A stretch of 64,000 bases of DNA from Dehalococcoidia bacterium (GTDB taxonomy: Bacteria; Chloroflexota; Dehalococcoidia; Lucifugimonadales; UBA3495). The translations under genes were made by a program, and so were the position numbers. The stretch covers positions 5,057,419 through 5,121,418 of the forward strand of contig OZ250155.1 in the NCBI GenBank assembly GCA_965237775.1. Direction: 5' to 3'. Under the pieces are notes generated by a model. It worked only from the letters and a program-made list of their open reading frames with translations, was not told where the DNA came from and searched no databases. This document shows, piece after piece, positions 30,250-39,957 of this stretch (position 1 is the first letter of the stretch; each line of letters starts with the position of its first letter).

Positions 30250-30335
30250 AGCCCTGGAACTGGGCCAGGTTGGCGGCGAGGTTGTAGGCAGACCAGCCGT
30301 CGCCGGTCCGGAAGGACTGGGGCTTGGCGGTGAGG
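30250..30335 (-). pseudogene. Remnant matching the C-terminus of the gene split at 36340-38525
   Basis: TAKPQSFRTGDGWSAYNLA versus TAKPQTFRTGDGWFAYNLA. Confidence 0.65.
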
Positions 30336-30375
30336 GCCGGTGGGTTCGTGTCGGCTTGGGCCGTCTCGTGCGGCG

Positions 30376-33375
30376 TTAATGCGTTACGGTCCACCGGGCT
30401 TCCGCCACTTTGTTGCCGCTCCCGTCATGCAGTGTGACCCGGTGTTTTCCGGGTTTCCATCTTTCGCCTGGACCGGGTCCGACGGAAAGCGCCCAGCTCC
30501 CACCGACGTGAATCCCCCTGACGTTCAGCTCCAGTGGCCTGATGTCATAGGTGAATCCGTCCTCGAAGGTTTGCGTCATCAACAGGTTTACGGTCCAGCT
30601 CTCCTCCTGGAAGGCCGGGTATTCGTAGTGGAATTGGAAGTAGGCCCACCCTGTGTGACTGCGGGCGGAGAACGACGTGACTGGTGGTTCGTCCATTCTC
30701 AGGACTATTCCAGCCTTGGTGATGGTGCCGTGAATTTCATCGAGGCGCCAGGTGGGGCTTGTCCCCGTTGTGGTCTCAACGATCCTGGGGTTTGGGCTGT
30801 TGTACCAACTATCCACATGGGGATGGTCGTTGAAGGCCTCTCTCACCTCGGCTATTCCCGCTTTTCCTGTTCCCTCCTCGGATCTCTCGTAGAGTCTCTG
30901 GGCTCCTTCCCGGAACGGCACGTTTCCCAGCTCGTTCCAGAGGTTAAGGAACAGCCTCTCCCCGAGGGTGTAGTTGCATCTGAATGCTGGCTGGTGCTCT
31001 TCCGGGTTGATCCCTTCCAGTTCCTGGATGTTGTCCGCGTCGGGGCATGGGTATTTTGATGCCGTCATGGGAAGCCCCGTCGTCTGCCAATGGTGGTACG
31101 CCTCGATGAGGTTGGCCATCCCCTCTTCGATCCAGTCCTGGTGGCCGGTCCAGTAGTAGTGGGCCACCTCGTGGCCCAGCGTGGAGGGCAGGTTCTCGGC
31201 ATCGTGCTCGTGTTCGGGCTTTATGGCGATGCTGGTCCCGAAGTTATTTCCCGCATAGGACTGGGTGACCGAGTCCGCAAAGAGTACTGCGACCATCCGT
31301 GTGGGTAGCGGAAGGTGCATGAAGAACTCTACGTTCCTAACTGCTTCTTCTAGTCTGTCCATGCTTTCTTTGTTCCCGTCTGCTTTCAGCCTGATGATGT
31401 GCAGATCTGTCCTTCCCGTCAGGGGGAGCTCTATGGTTCTGCTTTCAAGGCTCACCCGTTCCGGGTCCAGCAGCGTGGCCACGAGAGCGGGGCTGTATTT
31501 CTGGACCCCCCAGAGTGCCGCGATGAGGGGGTTCCACTCGTCGGTGATTCCGTCCGCGAAGGTTGGGTGTCCGAGGATTGTCTTGAGCTTGGTGGTGTCC
31601 TCTTGGGAAATATTCTTCAGTGACCTGATCGCCTGGGCGTCTCCGGGACTTATGCTCTGGATGAAGGGCATGTCCAGGATAGATTCCAGGGGTTTCGTTG
31701 GGTGCTCCTCTGGGTTCAGCAGGAGCGTGCCCGGGCGGCTCTGGCTGATGAGGATCTGGAGGAGGTCTTCGATGATTTCTTCCTCTTCCGCGGTGTTGAG
31801 ACCGTCCTTGACCCAGGGAAGTTGTGCCAGCCTGCGGGCGGTTTCCGGGTATTTGTGCTCGAGCCACTTGGCGTTCTGGAGGTCGGTGATGCTGGTCAAC
31901 TCCGTTTCCTCCGCGTAGATTGCGCCGGGCCCGCCGGCGCGGCGTGCGGCGTAATTCTGCAGATCTGGTGGCGCGCTTTGCTCCGTACTCCCCATATCAT
32001 GGAAGCATCCCAGGTACTGGAGGGCGTCGTGAAGGCCGGCAGGGTCGAATTCAGATACCAAAACGGAGTTTTCGTTCTCTTGGGCTCCTATTACGGCGAA
32101 CAAGTGCTGGTCTATTTGCGGTTTTTCGGCAGCGTGAGTCAGCGTGGCCATGATCTGGCGCAACTGCGCCCTATTGGTTATAGATATGCTCGACCTGTCA
32201 TCGGTTAGCACTGGGTTGTAATCAGTGTGGTGATGGTCGGGCAGGTAGTCATCGCTTGATTCGTTCCATATTCCTAACGTGAAAATGTTTACATGTTCGG
32301 GCAACACGAGCGAGTAGGGCATTATGTCCGCTACTTGGACGGGTCCAATGCATGTAAGTCTTAATGCCAAATCCGTGTACTCACTCCCCGGCGTGGCGTC
32401 GAGCGTGGCTGCTCGAATTTCGTAGGCCATGGTTGGATCTATTTCTTTCATGACTCCTGTTAAAACACGTTCCCGATCCGTATCTCGATACCAGTTGCCG
32501 GTTAGGCTCCATTCCGTGACCAATGGAATGGGGGTCTGCTTCGATGCTGCGGGGTAGAAATTCTCGTGCCAGGACCTCAGCCGGGAGTAATAGAGCCAGC
32601 ATCTCGCGCCGTCCGAGGGCCGCTTTTCCACCTTATCCGACCAGTACACGATGATGTTATTCTCCGAGTCCCGGCCCGATGTATAACGAGGAATCTGCCC
32701 ACCAGTCACCGACCTTTGCAAACTCTCCGGCAGAGCCTGGTCGCCAACCTTCAGTGCCTTCCCATCCGTGGCAGCAGTGAAACCCCCACCAGCCTTGTAG
32801 CACAGGCCCTCGGTGTCAGACATATCAATAGCTACAGGCTTCCAGCCATCCTTCGCGCACTCCTGCCGCTGCGCCTGGATCTGGGCGATGACGATGTTCA
32901 TGTTGGCAGCGGTGGACGCGCCCCGCTGGAAGATCAGCTGGTTCCGGAGGACGTTGTCGCAGTTCAGCCCGACCTCTAGTCGCCGTTCCGTGACCAATGG
33001 AATGGCGGTCGGCGTGGTTGTGGGTGCTACGGTGGGTGATGGTGTCGGTTGAGGAGTGAATGTAGGAGAAGGCTCCGCCGCCCGGGTCGCTTTGAGCCGG
33101 GTTGTTACCATGGCTTCGATAGATGCTTCAGCCTCAATGGTGGCCGCTACTCTTGCCTCTACGGTGGCAGCTATGTCTGGTGTGTCAGGTGCGTCTGCAG
33201 AGGCCGGGGGCGTGTAGGCCGGCGGGTGGGTGGAATTTTCCCCGGCGGGAATAGTGCAGGCCAGGGGCAAGGCTAGGGCTAGGAGGACGGCGGCGCAGCA
33301 TTTGGTGATCCATCTGAGTGTGGACTTCGTGGTCCGCGCTTTGGTCCCGAGTCTCGTGTAGCTGTGATCGTTCAT
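30376..33375 (-). CDS. Multidomain lipoprotein with C-terminal gluzincin metallopeptidase, paralog of 8849-10522
   Basis: PLAC lipobox; GHEVAHYYW...WIEEGMA; C-terminal ~500 aa similar to 8849-10522. Confidence 0.85.
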   Translation of the reverse strand: MNDHSYTRLGTKARTTKSTLRWITKCCAAVLLALALPLACTIPAGENSTHPPAYTPPASADAPDTPDIAATVEARVAATIEAEASIEAMVTTRLKATRAAEPSPTFTPQPTPSPTVAPTTTPTAIPLVTERRLEVGLNCDNVLRNQLIFQRGASTAANMNIVIAQIQAQRQECAKDGWKPVAIDMSDTEGLCYKAGGGFTAATDGKALKVGDQALPESLQRSVTGGQIPRYTSGRDSENNIIVYWSDKVEKRPSDGARCWLYYSRLRSWHENFYPAASKQTPIPLVTEWSLTGNWYRDTDRERVLTGVMKEIDPTMAYEIRAATLDATPGSEYTDLALRLTCIGPVQVADIMPYSLVLPEHVNIFTLGIWNESSDDYLPDHHHTDYNPVLTDDRSSISITNRAQLRQIMATLTHAAEKPQIDQHLFAVIGAQENENSVLVSEFDPAGLHDALQYLGCFHDMGSTEQSAPPDLQNYAARRAGGPGAIYAEETELTSITDLQNAKWLEHKYPETARRLAQLPWVKDGLNTAEEEEIIEDLLQILISQSRPGTLLLNPEEHPTKPLESILDMPFIQSISPGDAQAIRSLKNISQEDTTKLKTILGHPTFADGITDEWNPLIAALWGVQKYSPALVATLLDPERVSLESRTIELPLTGRTDLHIIRLKADGNKESMDRLEEAVRNVEFFMHLPLPTRMVAVLFADSVTQSYAGNNFGTSIAIKPEHEHDAENLPSTLGHEVAHYYWTGHQDWIEEGMANLIEAYHHWQTTGLPMTASKYPCPDADNIQELEGINPEEHQPAFRCNYTLGERLFLNLWNELGNVPFREGAQRLYERSEEGTGKAGIAEVREAFNDHPHVDSWYNSPNPRIVETTTGTSPTWRLDEIHGTITKAGIVLRMDEPPVTSFSARSHTGWAYFQFHYEYPAFQEESWTVNLLMTQTFEDGFTYDIRPLELNVRGIHVGGSWALSVGPGPGERWKPGKHRVTLHDGSGNKVAEARWTVTH

Positions 33376-33771
33376 TGGGAATCACCTTCCTCTTTGCAGG
33401 TTGATTCCTCATTGTGGACTCCTGAATGAGGGCCGCGGTTTAGCGTTTCCGAGTTGCTCATCGCCCGTCCGGGCGGTTGGTCCAGTTTAATGTCCTTGTC
33501 TTATGCTGCCATTCCCGGAGCGTGAACCCCGAGTCTCCGTTCTCCCGGTTTATCCGTTCCGTCGGTTCTTGGTGACGCGTCGGTGTTGTCTCATCACAGC
33601 CGGAACTCTCCGTCGGTGGGAGTTAACGGAGGATTGGCGGAGGATTGCTGACGTGGGGCTTCTGTGGCGCGGTGTACCAGCATCAGGGCTCGGCTTGGTA
33701 TCAGCTGCATCCCCAGAAGGAGGTGTTTCCAACTTGAGGGAGTAGGAGCCCCTTCCGGCATCCGGGGTATA

Positions 33772-33924
33772 CTAAACCAAAGCCAAAGTGGGATGTGCAT
33801 ATGGAGGGGGGTCAAGTGGCGGTGCCGGTCCGCCCTTCAGGTATATTTGGAAGAGCTTCACTGTGGCGCCTAAGCCAATCTTCATCGCCCCACAAATGTA
33901 GATCCCACCTTGGCTTTAGTTTAG
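33772..33924. mobile_element. IS630-end MITE, core type B (153 bp)
   Basis: CTAAACCAAAGCCAAAGTGGGATGTGCAT ... ATGTAGATCCCACCTTGGCTTTAGTTTAG. Confidence 0.88.
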
Positions 33925-34703
33925 GCGACCACGGTGGACGGCCACGGAAATGTGTGCCGTTCGTCGTAATATGTCGTCTTGAGATACTTCAAGTCATCAA
34001 CCCAATGGCCGACCGCTTCCCGATAACTATCTTTGCCCAAATTGAGTAGAATGTTGAGATTGATCCGTTCAGCTATTTTATAGAGGCGCGTCCCGGATTC
34101 CGGCCGTCCCCACTCGGCCACATAATTCGCGTCCGACATTTCGGGCAATTCCTCAACAAATGCCTTATGCAGCGCGCTTCGGCGTTTCGAACAGTCTCGG
34201 CCTTTTGCTCCAGCAGTGTAACCCATTATTTTGAGAAAACTTTCTTCTTTCCACTCCCCCGTTGCGGTGATACCAGGGCTGCTGAAGGTAGGAACCAACC
34301 TTGTGGTAGGCCAGTCAAATCCCCACTCTTTTATATGCTCTAAGGCAGGGTGACCCTCACCAAAAATCTCAGCCACGCGGGGAGATTCGAGCGGATCGTT
34401 GCCTCCAGCAATATATGCTAGAAACATCTCCTGAGAGTAAACGCGAAGCTCTTTACCCCGTCTAGCTTCGATAACGCCGTTCAAGTGTTCTTCTTCCCAA
34501 TCTTCCCGTCCAATCACCAGGATGTTCAAGTCGAACGACGGTGACAAAGCCTCGATCCCCAATTCCGCAAGGAAAGAATCGTACTCATATTCATCGAATG
34601 GACAGGACCCAGTAGTAGATACTCCATTCGGAAACATGCCGGTAGGGTCTATTCCATCGAAAAACCAAGCGCGTAATTCTGGATGTTGGAACGGACTAAC
34701 CAT
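33921..34703 (-). CDS. Hypothetical protein, lower GC, MITE-flanked
   Basis: 260-aa clean ORF whose stop codon lies in the MITE end. Confidence 0.75.
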   Translation of the reverse strand: MVSPFQHPELRAWFFDGIDPTGMFPNGVSTTGSCPFDEYEYDSFLAELGIEALSPSFDLNILVIGREDWEEEHLNGVIEARRGKELRVYSQEMFLAYIAGGNDPLESPRVAEIFGEGHPALEHIKEWGFDWPTTRLVPTFSSPGITATGEWKEESFLKIMGYTAGAKGRDCSKRRSALHKAFVEELPEMSDANYVAEWGRPESGTRLYKIAERINLNILLNLGKDSYREAVGHWVDDLKYLKTTYYDERHTFPWPSTVVA

Positions 34704-34783
34704 CCCTAAGCCCTCATCCGCCTGAGGCAGACTAAATTCTTGTGACCGTCTACGCTCTGCCCCTGGTTAGGATATCCGTCCTT

Positions 34784-34935
34784 CTAAACTAAGGCCAAGG
34801 TGAAATGTACATATCGCCAGACCACACTGGCGGTGGCCACCCAGTTGGACCTTAAAGGTGATATGAGGTGCTGTGGAGTCTTTTGGTCGTCTTCAAGACC
34901 CCAGAAATGCACATCCCACCTCGGTATTGGTTTAG
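34784..34935. mobile_element. IS630-end MITE, core type A (152 bp)
   Basis: Same ends and core as 19413-19564. Confidence 0.88.
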
Positions 34936-35027
34936 GGTACTGGAGCCTACAAACCTTGTCAGACTAAAAGGGGGACGGGGCAACAGGGTAGCCACGGTGC
35001 CCCGCACGGGACGGACGGGCCACCTTC

Positions 35028-35894
35028 CTACCTAAGCCTTTCTCCGGGTCTGAAGCTGCCGTCTAGCCACTCGACGAAGTTGCCAGCATGAAGGAGGTAC
35101 GTCCGCTTGGTGCTCGCTGTCAGGCCCGAGGTTTCGACCTCCCCGCAGTACCGTGCGAAGGCTCGTCGCACCCCGGCTATGGTCTTCGGAGGAAGCGCAC
35201 GTTTCCGATGTAACGGCCCTTTTGCCCGATCTTCCCGTTGGTCAGTCGCACCGGCGGTTTGCCTCATCTGCTCCTCAATATCTGGAGACCAGAGGTTTCC
35301 CTGCTCCGATCGTTCCTTATTGCGGTACTTCTCTATCCACCGGGCGTCAATTGGTGGCAAATTCGGACGGCGCTCGTAGACCAGCATCTCCTTTACGCTT
35401 AGTAGTTGCATCACCGGGTAAGCCCTGGTCCCGCCGTCTGCATCGTGTAGGTCGACCGTCCCGAGGCCGGTGGCGAACTGCGTCCATTTGCTGGAGGAGG
35501 GATACAGAGTGATCAGGACAGACATCGGGACACGCCCTTTCCGTTTGTCCTCCCTGGTCTGGACGCCCAACAATTCGTCCAGAACGGCTCTACTGACTCC
35601 GGCTTGGTGCATCTTCGCTTGGATTGGGACCATGACGCCACCGACGCCATAGTAACGTGCGTCAATCCCGCCGTCGCCGCCTTTCTTGCCGTTTGGGACA
35701 GCGTCCAACAGGTCAGCTATGTAATCTTCCGCCCAAGCCCAACCGGGTTCTCCGGTGCCTGCCGCTCGTTCTGTTTTGATAGCCTCCCGTTCGAATGCCT
35801 TCCATGCGCGGTCATCGTATTCCTCCAACGCGTCTAACAAGGGGTTCTCCATGGACTTTGCCTCCAAGCGGACCTGTACTCGTTTGAGCATCAC
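35028..35894 (-). CDS. Mrr-like PD-(D/E)XK restriction-endonuclease-domain protein
   Basis: AFEREA...GGDGGIDA...PIQAKM matches the Mrr_cat D-x-G-I-D...Q-x-K signature. Confidence 0.65.
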   Translation of the reverse strand: MMLKRVQVRLEAKSMENPLLDALEEYDDRAWKAFEREAIKTERAAGTGEPGWAWAEDYIADLLDAVPNGKKGGDGGIDARYYGVGGVMVPIQAKMHQAGVSRAVLDELLGVQTREDKRKGRVPMSVLITLYPSSSKWTQFATGLGTVDLHDADGGTRAYPVMQLLSVKEMLVYERRPNLPPIDARWIEKYRNKERSEQGNLWSPDIEEQMRQTAGATDQREDRAKGPLHRKRALPPKTIAGVRRAFARYCGEVETSGLTASTKRTYLLHAGNFVEWLDGSFRPGERLR

Positions 35895-36003
35895 GATGGC
35901 ATCCTATCCAACCGCTTCAAGATGTGATGGAAAGGAAGAGAGTCCCTGCTACCCTGCCCCTGCGGCACACCGGAGTGTGCCTATGGGGATCACCGGGACG
36001 CCA

Positions 36004-36155
36004 CTAAACCAATACCAAGGTGGGATGTGCACTTCGGGGTCTTGAGGACAACCGAAAGGACTCCACAGCTCCTCATATCACCTTTGGGCCCCAATTGGGT
36101 CGCCACTGACAGTGCGGTCCGGTGATATGTACATTTCACCTTGGCTTTAGTTTAG
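36004..36155. mobile_element. IS630-end MITE, core type A in reverse orientation (152 bp)
   Basis: Closely similar to the reverse complement of 19413-19564 and 34784-34935. Confidence 0.88.
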
Positions 36156-36334
36156 TTGTGGCAGCCCCGGGCTTGGATGTCCCAGACGGCCTCGACCTTC
36201 CCGTTGCGGATACCGATGAAGCGGTCCAAACGGCTTACGGTGGCGTCCTGCTGGGACGGGATTAAGGTCACCTGGTCTCCTACTTCCAGGGTTGCGCCCT
36301 CGTCTACGCGGAAGACAACGTGGTCCGGGTCCAT
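36152..36334 (-). pseudogene. C-terminal fragment of a DSD1/D-threonine-aldolase-like PLP enzyme
   Basis: LEVGDQVTLIP...DATV...VEAVWDIQARG tail. Confidence 0.6.
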
Positions 36335-36710
36335 TGGCCAGGTTGTAGGCGAACCAGCCGTCGCCGGTCCGGAAGGTCTGGGGCTTCGCGGTCTGGGCGT
36401 CCCGCATGATGCCCAGGACGTCCGAGTAGGGCTCGAAGCTCACGATCTTGTCGAACCGGACCCGGAACTTCTTCCTCGCCCCGGCGAAGTACAGGTGCTT
36501 GGTCGTGAGGCCCAGCAGGCCGGTGTCGGCGTGTACCGTCTCCTCCCATTCTATGGGCCTGCTCCGGAACTGGCGAGGGCTGTAATAGGGGAATTGTCCA
36601 GCCCGTTAGACCCGCGCACTAAGGCGCTAGAGATAGTGACAAGACAGGATAACGTAGCCTATTCCAAGTCAACAGGAAAAAGGATGCTATCTCTCACGGG
36701 CAAAGCTGGA

Positions 36711-36944
36711 TCAAATTAAGGCCGGATGAGTTATCTCGTAGCCGTTATCGGTGGGTGTAAGAATCATCTCATGAATATGGCTGCCCTCCGGGTTGTGGAA
36801 ATGCGCGACCGAAACGTCACCCAACTTACCCTGCTCTAGTTCAGGAAAGGGGTGCGAGTGGACGTGTTGGTGCTTGTGGGATAATTCAATTGTTTCAATC
36901 GTGAGTTGCCAATGGTCTTCTCGGTTAACGTTGTCTTTGGTCAA
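36711..36944 (-). CDS. Small His-rich hypothetical protein
   Basis: HKHQHVHSH, HFH and HIH motifs; GGAG RBS upstream. Confidence 0.5.
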   Translation of the reverse strand: MTKDNVNREDHWQLTIETIELSHKHQHVHSHPFPELEQGKLGDVSVAHFHNPEGSHIHEMILTPTDNGYEITHPALI

Positions 36945-37095
36945 TTCTTTCTCCTCCGAGGATTGTAATTGGAGGGCTAGACCCGTTGGCCATTTGGGTG
37001 TGTTTTTTCTCTATCAGCAACACCTCGTCGGGCTATTGGGGCTGACAGCTAGGCAGTCTCCCCAAGCGGTGGCATCTTTTGTAGAATAAGAGGGT

Positions 37096-37170
37096 GCCTC
37101 CGTAGGTCAATGGAAAGAGTATTCCTTTGACGCAAGAAGAGGTATGAGTTCGAGTCCCATCGGGGCACCC
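37096..37170 (+). tRNA. Degenerate tRNA-like gene, anticodon GAC (Val), probably a pseudo-tRNA
   Basis: GCCTCCG-TA-GGTC-AATGGAAA-GAGT-A-TTCCT-TTGACGC-AAGAA-GAGGT-ATGAG-TTCGAGT-CCCAT-CGGGGCA; cloverleaf spacing and T-loop are intact, with mismatches in each stem. Confidence 0.6.
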
Positions 37171-37345
37171 TCCTACATCACCATCGTACTATAACCGCCG
37201 ATTGCTTGGAATCCTTTGGCAGTTGACTTGTCCAGGGGCTTGCTTGGAGTTGTCGTCTTGCTAAAATAGATGGGACCGACGTGCGGGTCGGTCCCCAACC
37301 GGTGGTGGTACCGCCATGACATTCAACGAGAGGAGTTACTGAGGT

Positions 37346-37537
37346 ATGTTTATCGCGATAGCCGCCACCCTCGGCGCCATCGGTTTGGCGGGCCATGCCC
37401 TCGGCCCAGTTGTGTCGGCCTCTCATACTGAGCGGGAGGCGGCGGACGTGATCCACGCGACCTCGTTCTTCATTCTAGGCGCTGCGTTCTGGTATGCCAC
37501 CCCGACCCTCACGAAGTGGCTGGGGATGGGAATTTAG
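37346..37537 (+). CDS. Small two-helix membrane protein
   Basis: GAGGT RBS; two hydrophobic segments in 63 aa. Confidence 0.5.
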   Translation: MFIAIAATLGAIGLAGHALGPVVSASHTEREAADVIHATSFFILGAAFWYATPTLTKWLGMGI

Positions 37538-38635
37538 TCGAATCCGTGATTCTCATAGACAATTGGCCTCTTGCTCAAGTTCGCCACGGTCGCCCATGCG
37601 CTTAACCACCTGTTGTCTTCAGGGATAGGGATCTAGCGGGCTGGATAATTCCCCTGTAATAGAGTCCTCTTGCCACCCGGATACTGACACCGTGGGACGT
37701 GCCGCGGCGCACCACGGTCTCCGGGTAGTCCACGTCCTGGATCACCCAGACGAGCTGCTCGGATTTCATGAGGTTGAAGGGAACGGGGCCGGTGATGTTC
37801 TGGCGCTGGGGGACGATTCCTCGGGTGACGTCCCGGATGACCGCGGCCTGGACCAGGCTGGTCTGGACGCCGTTACTGTCCAGGTCGTGTTGCTCCAGAC
37901 CGAAGTGGGCGGCGTACTTGGCCAGCGCGTTCTCCTCGTCAAGGGACAGCAGGCCGTCCTCCAGGGCCCCCTCCACGGCGGCCTCCCAGGCGCGGATGAG
38001 GATCCTTCTCCGCTGGTGGAAGTCCAGGCGGGCTTCCTGCATGGCGTCTTCCAGGTCCCTGAGGTGGCCATCCCCGTCCTGGACGGCGATGGCGGCCAAC
38101 CTGGCCTCCAGCATGAGGCGTTGTCCCGAGGCTTGATCGAGGTCCCAGATGGCGTCCGCGTCCGCGGCGTTGTCCTCAAGGGTGAGGTGGTCCCGAAAGG
38201 CCCGGAGCCTTTCCTCCTCTTCGCGGGATATGATGCCGTCGCGCAGGGCGTGGGCGACGCCCTGCTTCCAGCCCTCCTCGAGGGCGCGTTCGATATCTTC
38301 GTCAATGGCGTGGGAGCGTTGGGCGATGGCCGATAGGGACTGCCTGAGAGCTGCCTCGTTGAAGGAATGGGTCGTGGCGGCCTGGGCGGCCAACTGGACC
38401 ATCTCGTTCCAGCCGGTCGAGTGGTTCTGCCGGCATTCCGGGTGCTCCCGCTGGAAGACCCCGGTGGGCTGGCCGCAGTGGCGGCAGGTCCCGCTTATCA
38501 ACTGGAGGAATCGGGCGAGGGGCATGGTTCTCCTCGTACTCGGATGCCCTGTGTTCGTATCGGCAATCGCCAGGGAATCGTTTCTTGGAGCCAACCTGGT
38601 GCGTTCCGGGTTGTCTGCGGGCTACCCCGTGAAGA

Positions 38636-39388
38636 TCAAGGCCCACGCCGACGCCGAAGTTCTTCCTCCAGTTCCCGAACCCGCGCTTCGGCTTGCATGC
38701 GGGCTTCCCGCTCAGTTTCTGCCTGGGTCTCCGCTGCTTCAGCTCGGTTCTCTGCGGCGATCCGGGCCTCGGCGGTCTGGTCCTGAGTCTCCAGGTAGCG
38801 TTCCGTCGCCGGGTCCCACCAGCGCAGGTGCCCGTACTCCCAGCAGATGCTCAGCCCCAGTACCTCGCTGCGTCCCCAGAGCAAGCCCGGGTGGATTTCC
38901 TCAATGGCCATGGGCCGGTAGGTCCCGTCTCGAAGGCTGTCCCCGGCCAGGCTCTGCCGATGGAAGTGGCCGCCGGAGGGGTCGAAGCGCCAGTATTCCT
39001 GTACCCCGTAGTCTTGGTACCCCTCCCGCTTCCGCTCCTCGTCCTGGCGCCCGGTGCTGGGCGATGCTATCTCCAGCACGAACTCCGGCGCCTTGCCCTG
39101 TTCCAGGGTGGAGTAGCCCCGAAAGGCGATGACGGCGGCCACGTTCACTTCGAAGGCAATCATCACGTCGGGGATCAGGATGCCCTCCCGCTGGCGGTGA
39201 TGCCGCCCCAGGGGCGTTTCGGCCAGGACCAGTGTGGTGTCCAGGGAACCGAAGTGCCGGCGCAGGGTGGCCAGGTAGCCGGGGACGTAGAGGTAGATGG
39301 GGTTGTTCATATCGTCTCGGTGGGGGAAGTCCGGGAAATGGCCGTCAGGCTTCATAGCCCGTGCCTGCTGTATCTGCTTGGTGGTCAT
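38636..39388 (-). CDS. Uma2 (DUF820) family endonuclease-fold protein
   Basis: PDVMIAF, APEFVLEIASPST..D...KR..Y...GVQEYWRFDP, C-terminal coiled coil; likely start MTTKQ at 39388. Confidence 0.9.
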   Translation of the reverse strand: MTTKQIQQARAMKPDGHFPDFPHRDDMNNPIYLYVPGYLATLRRHFGSLDTTLVLAETPLGRHHRQREGILIPDVMIAFEVNVAAVIAFRGYSTLEQGKAPEFVLEIASPSTGRQDEERKREGYQDYGVQEYWRFDPSGGHFHRQSLAGDSLRDGTYRPMAIEEIHPGLLWGRSEVLGLSICWEYGHLRWWDPATERYLETQDQTAEARIAAENRAEAAETQAETEREARMQAEARVRELEEELRRRRGP

Positions 39389-39476
39389 GGCGTTCCTCGT
39401 TGAGGGAGCGGGGCGGATTTCCTGGTTATTATACGGGATTTTGACTCGTGGGAAGGAGGAGTCCATGTCCCGTGCC

Positions 39477-39900
39477 TCACAGCCTTTTGGTAACGTTCTC
39501 CGACGCTTCCCGGTAGGCTTCCGTCAGCGCGTCCAGGACCCGCAGGCTGGTATCTTTGATGACGTTGCCCCTGCGTATCGTGAGTGGTGAGATCGTCTGC
39601 TCGACGGCCTCGATGCTCTTTGGAGCCCGGCGCTCGAAGACCGACCGGAATGGTGTAATGTACGGTTCTCCGCGGTCGTTGTAGATTGTGACGAGACCTG
39701 CGTTATCCTGTTGTAACCTGGGAAGGAGGGTGAACCGGCCGGTCCCGGCGTCGTAGGTGGATAGCCTTATTCCCGGGAGTCCTCCTATATCCTCGGCCCA
39801 ACTGATCAGCCTCTCGAAGGTTTCCCGGTTCTCTCCTGTGGTCTGTTCCACCGATGCCCGGAACGCCTCGGAGCCGTCCGACAGGACTCCGTTGCCGGAT
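39477..39900 (-). pseudogene. C-terminal fragment of a hypothetical protein
   Basis: Coding-like GC-rich segment without its own start, abutting the lower-GC R-M block. Confidence 0.45.
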
Positions 39901-39957
39901 GGCGTTGACGCTAGACAGAGGGGTTTCGCTGCGGGACTGTCTTTGTCGTTGAATTTT

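Larger units (their letters stand above)
36589..37653. mobile_element. 1065-bp non-autonomous cassette with ~22-bp TIRs and 9-bp target duplication
   Basis: GGGAATTGTCCAGCCCGTTAGA / TCTAGCGGGCTGGATAATTCCC; CTGTAATAG at 36580-36588 and 37654-37662; no transposase inside. Confidence 0.9.
36340..38525 (-). pseudogene. Hypothetical protein gene interrupted by the 36589-37653 cassette
   Basis: The frame ...VARGLYY (ending ~37654) resumes as YYSPRQFRSRPIEWEETVHADTG...TAKPQTF below 36588 once the insert and one repeat copy are removed. Confidence 0.82.

Noticed and set aside
34975-35962. CAGGGTAGC / GCTACCCTG inverted match around the Mrr-like gene
   Set aside because: Only 9 bp match exactly and there is no target duplication; may be chance.
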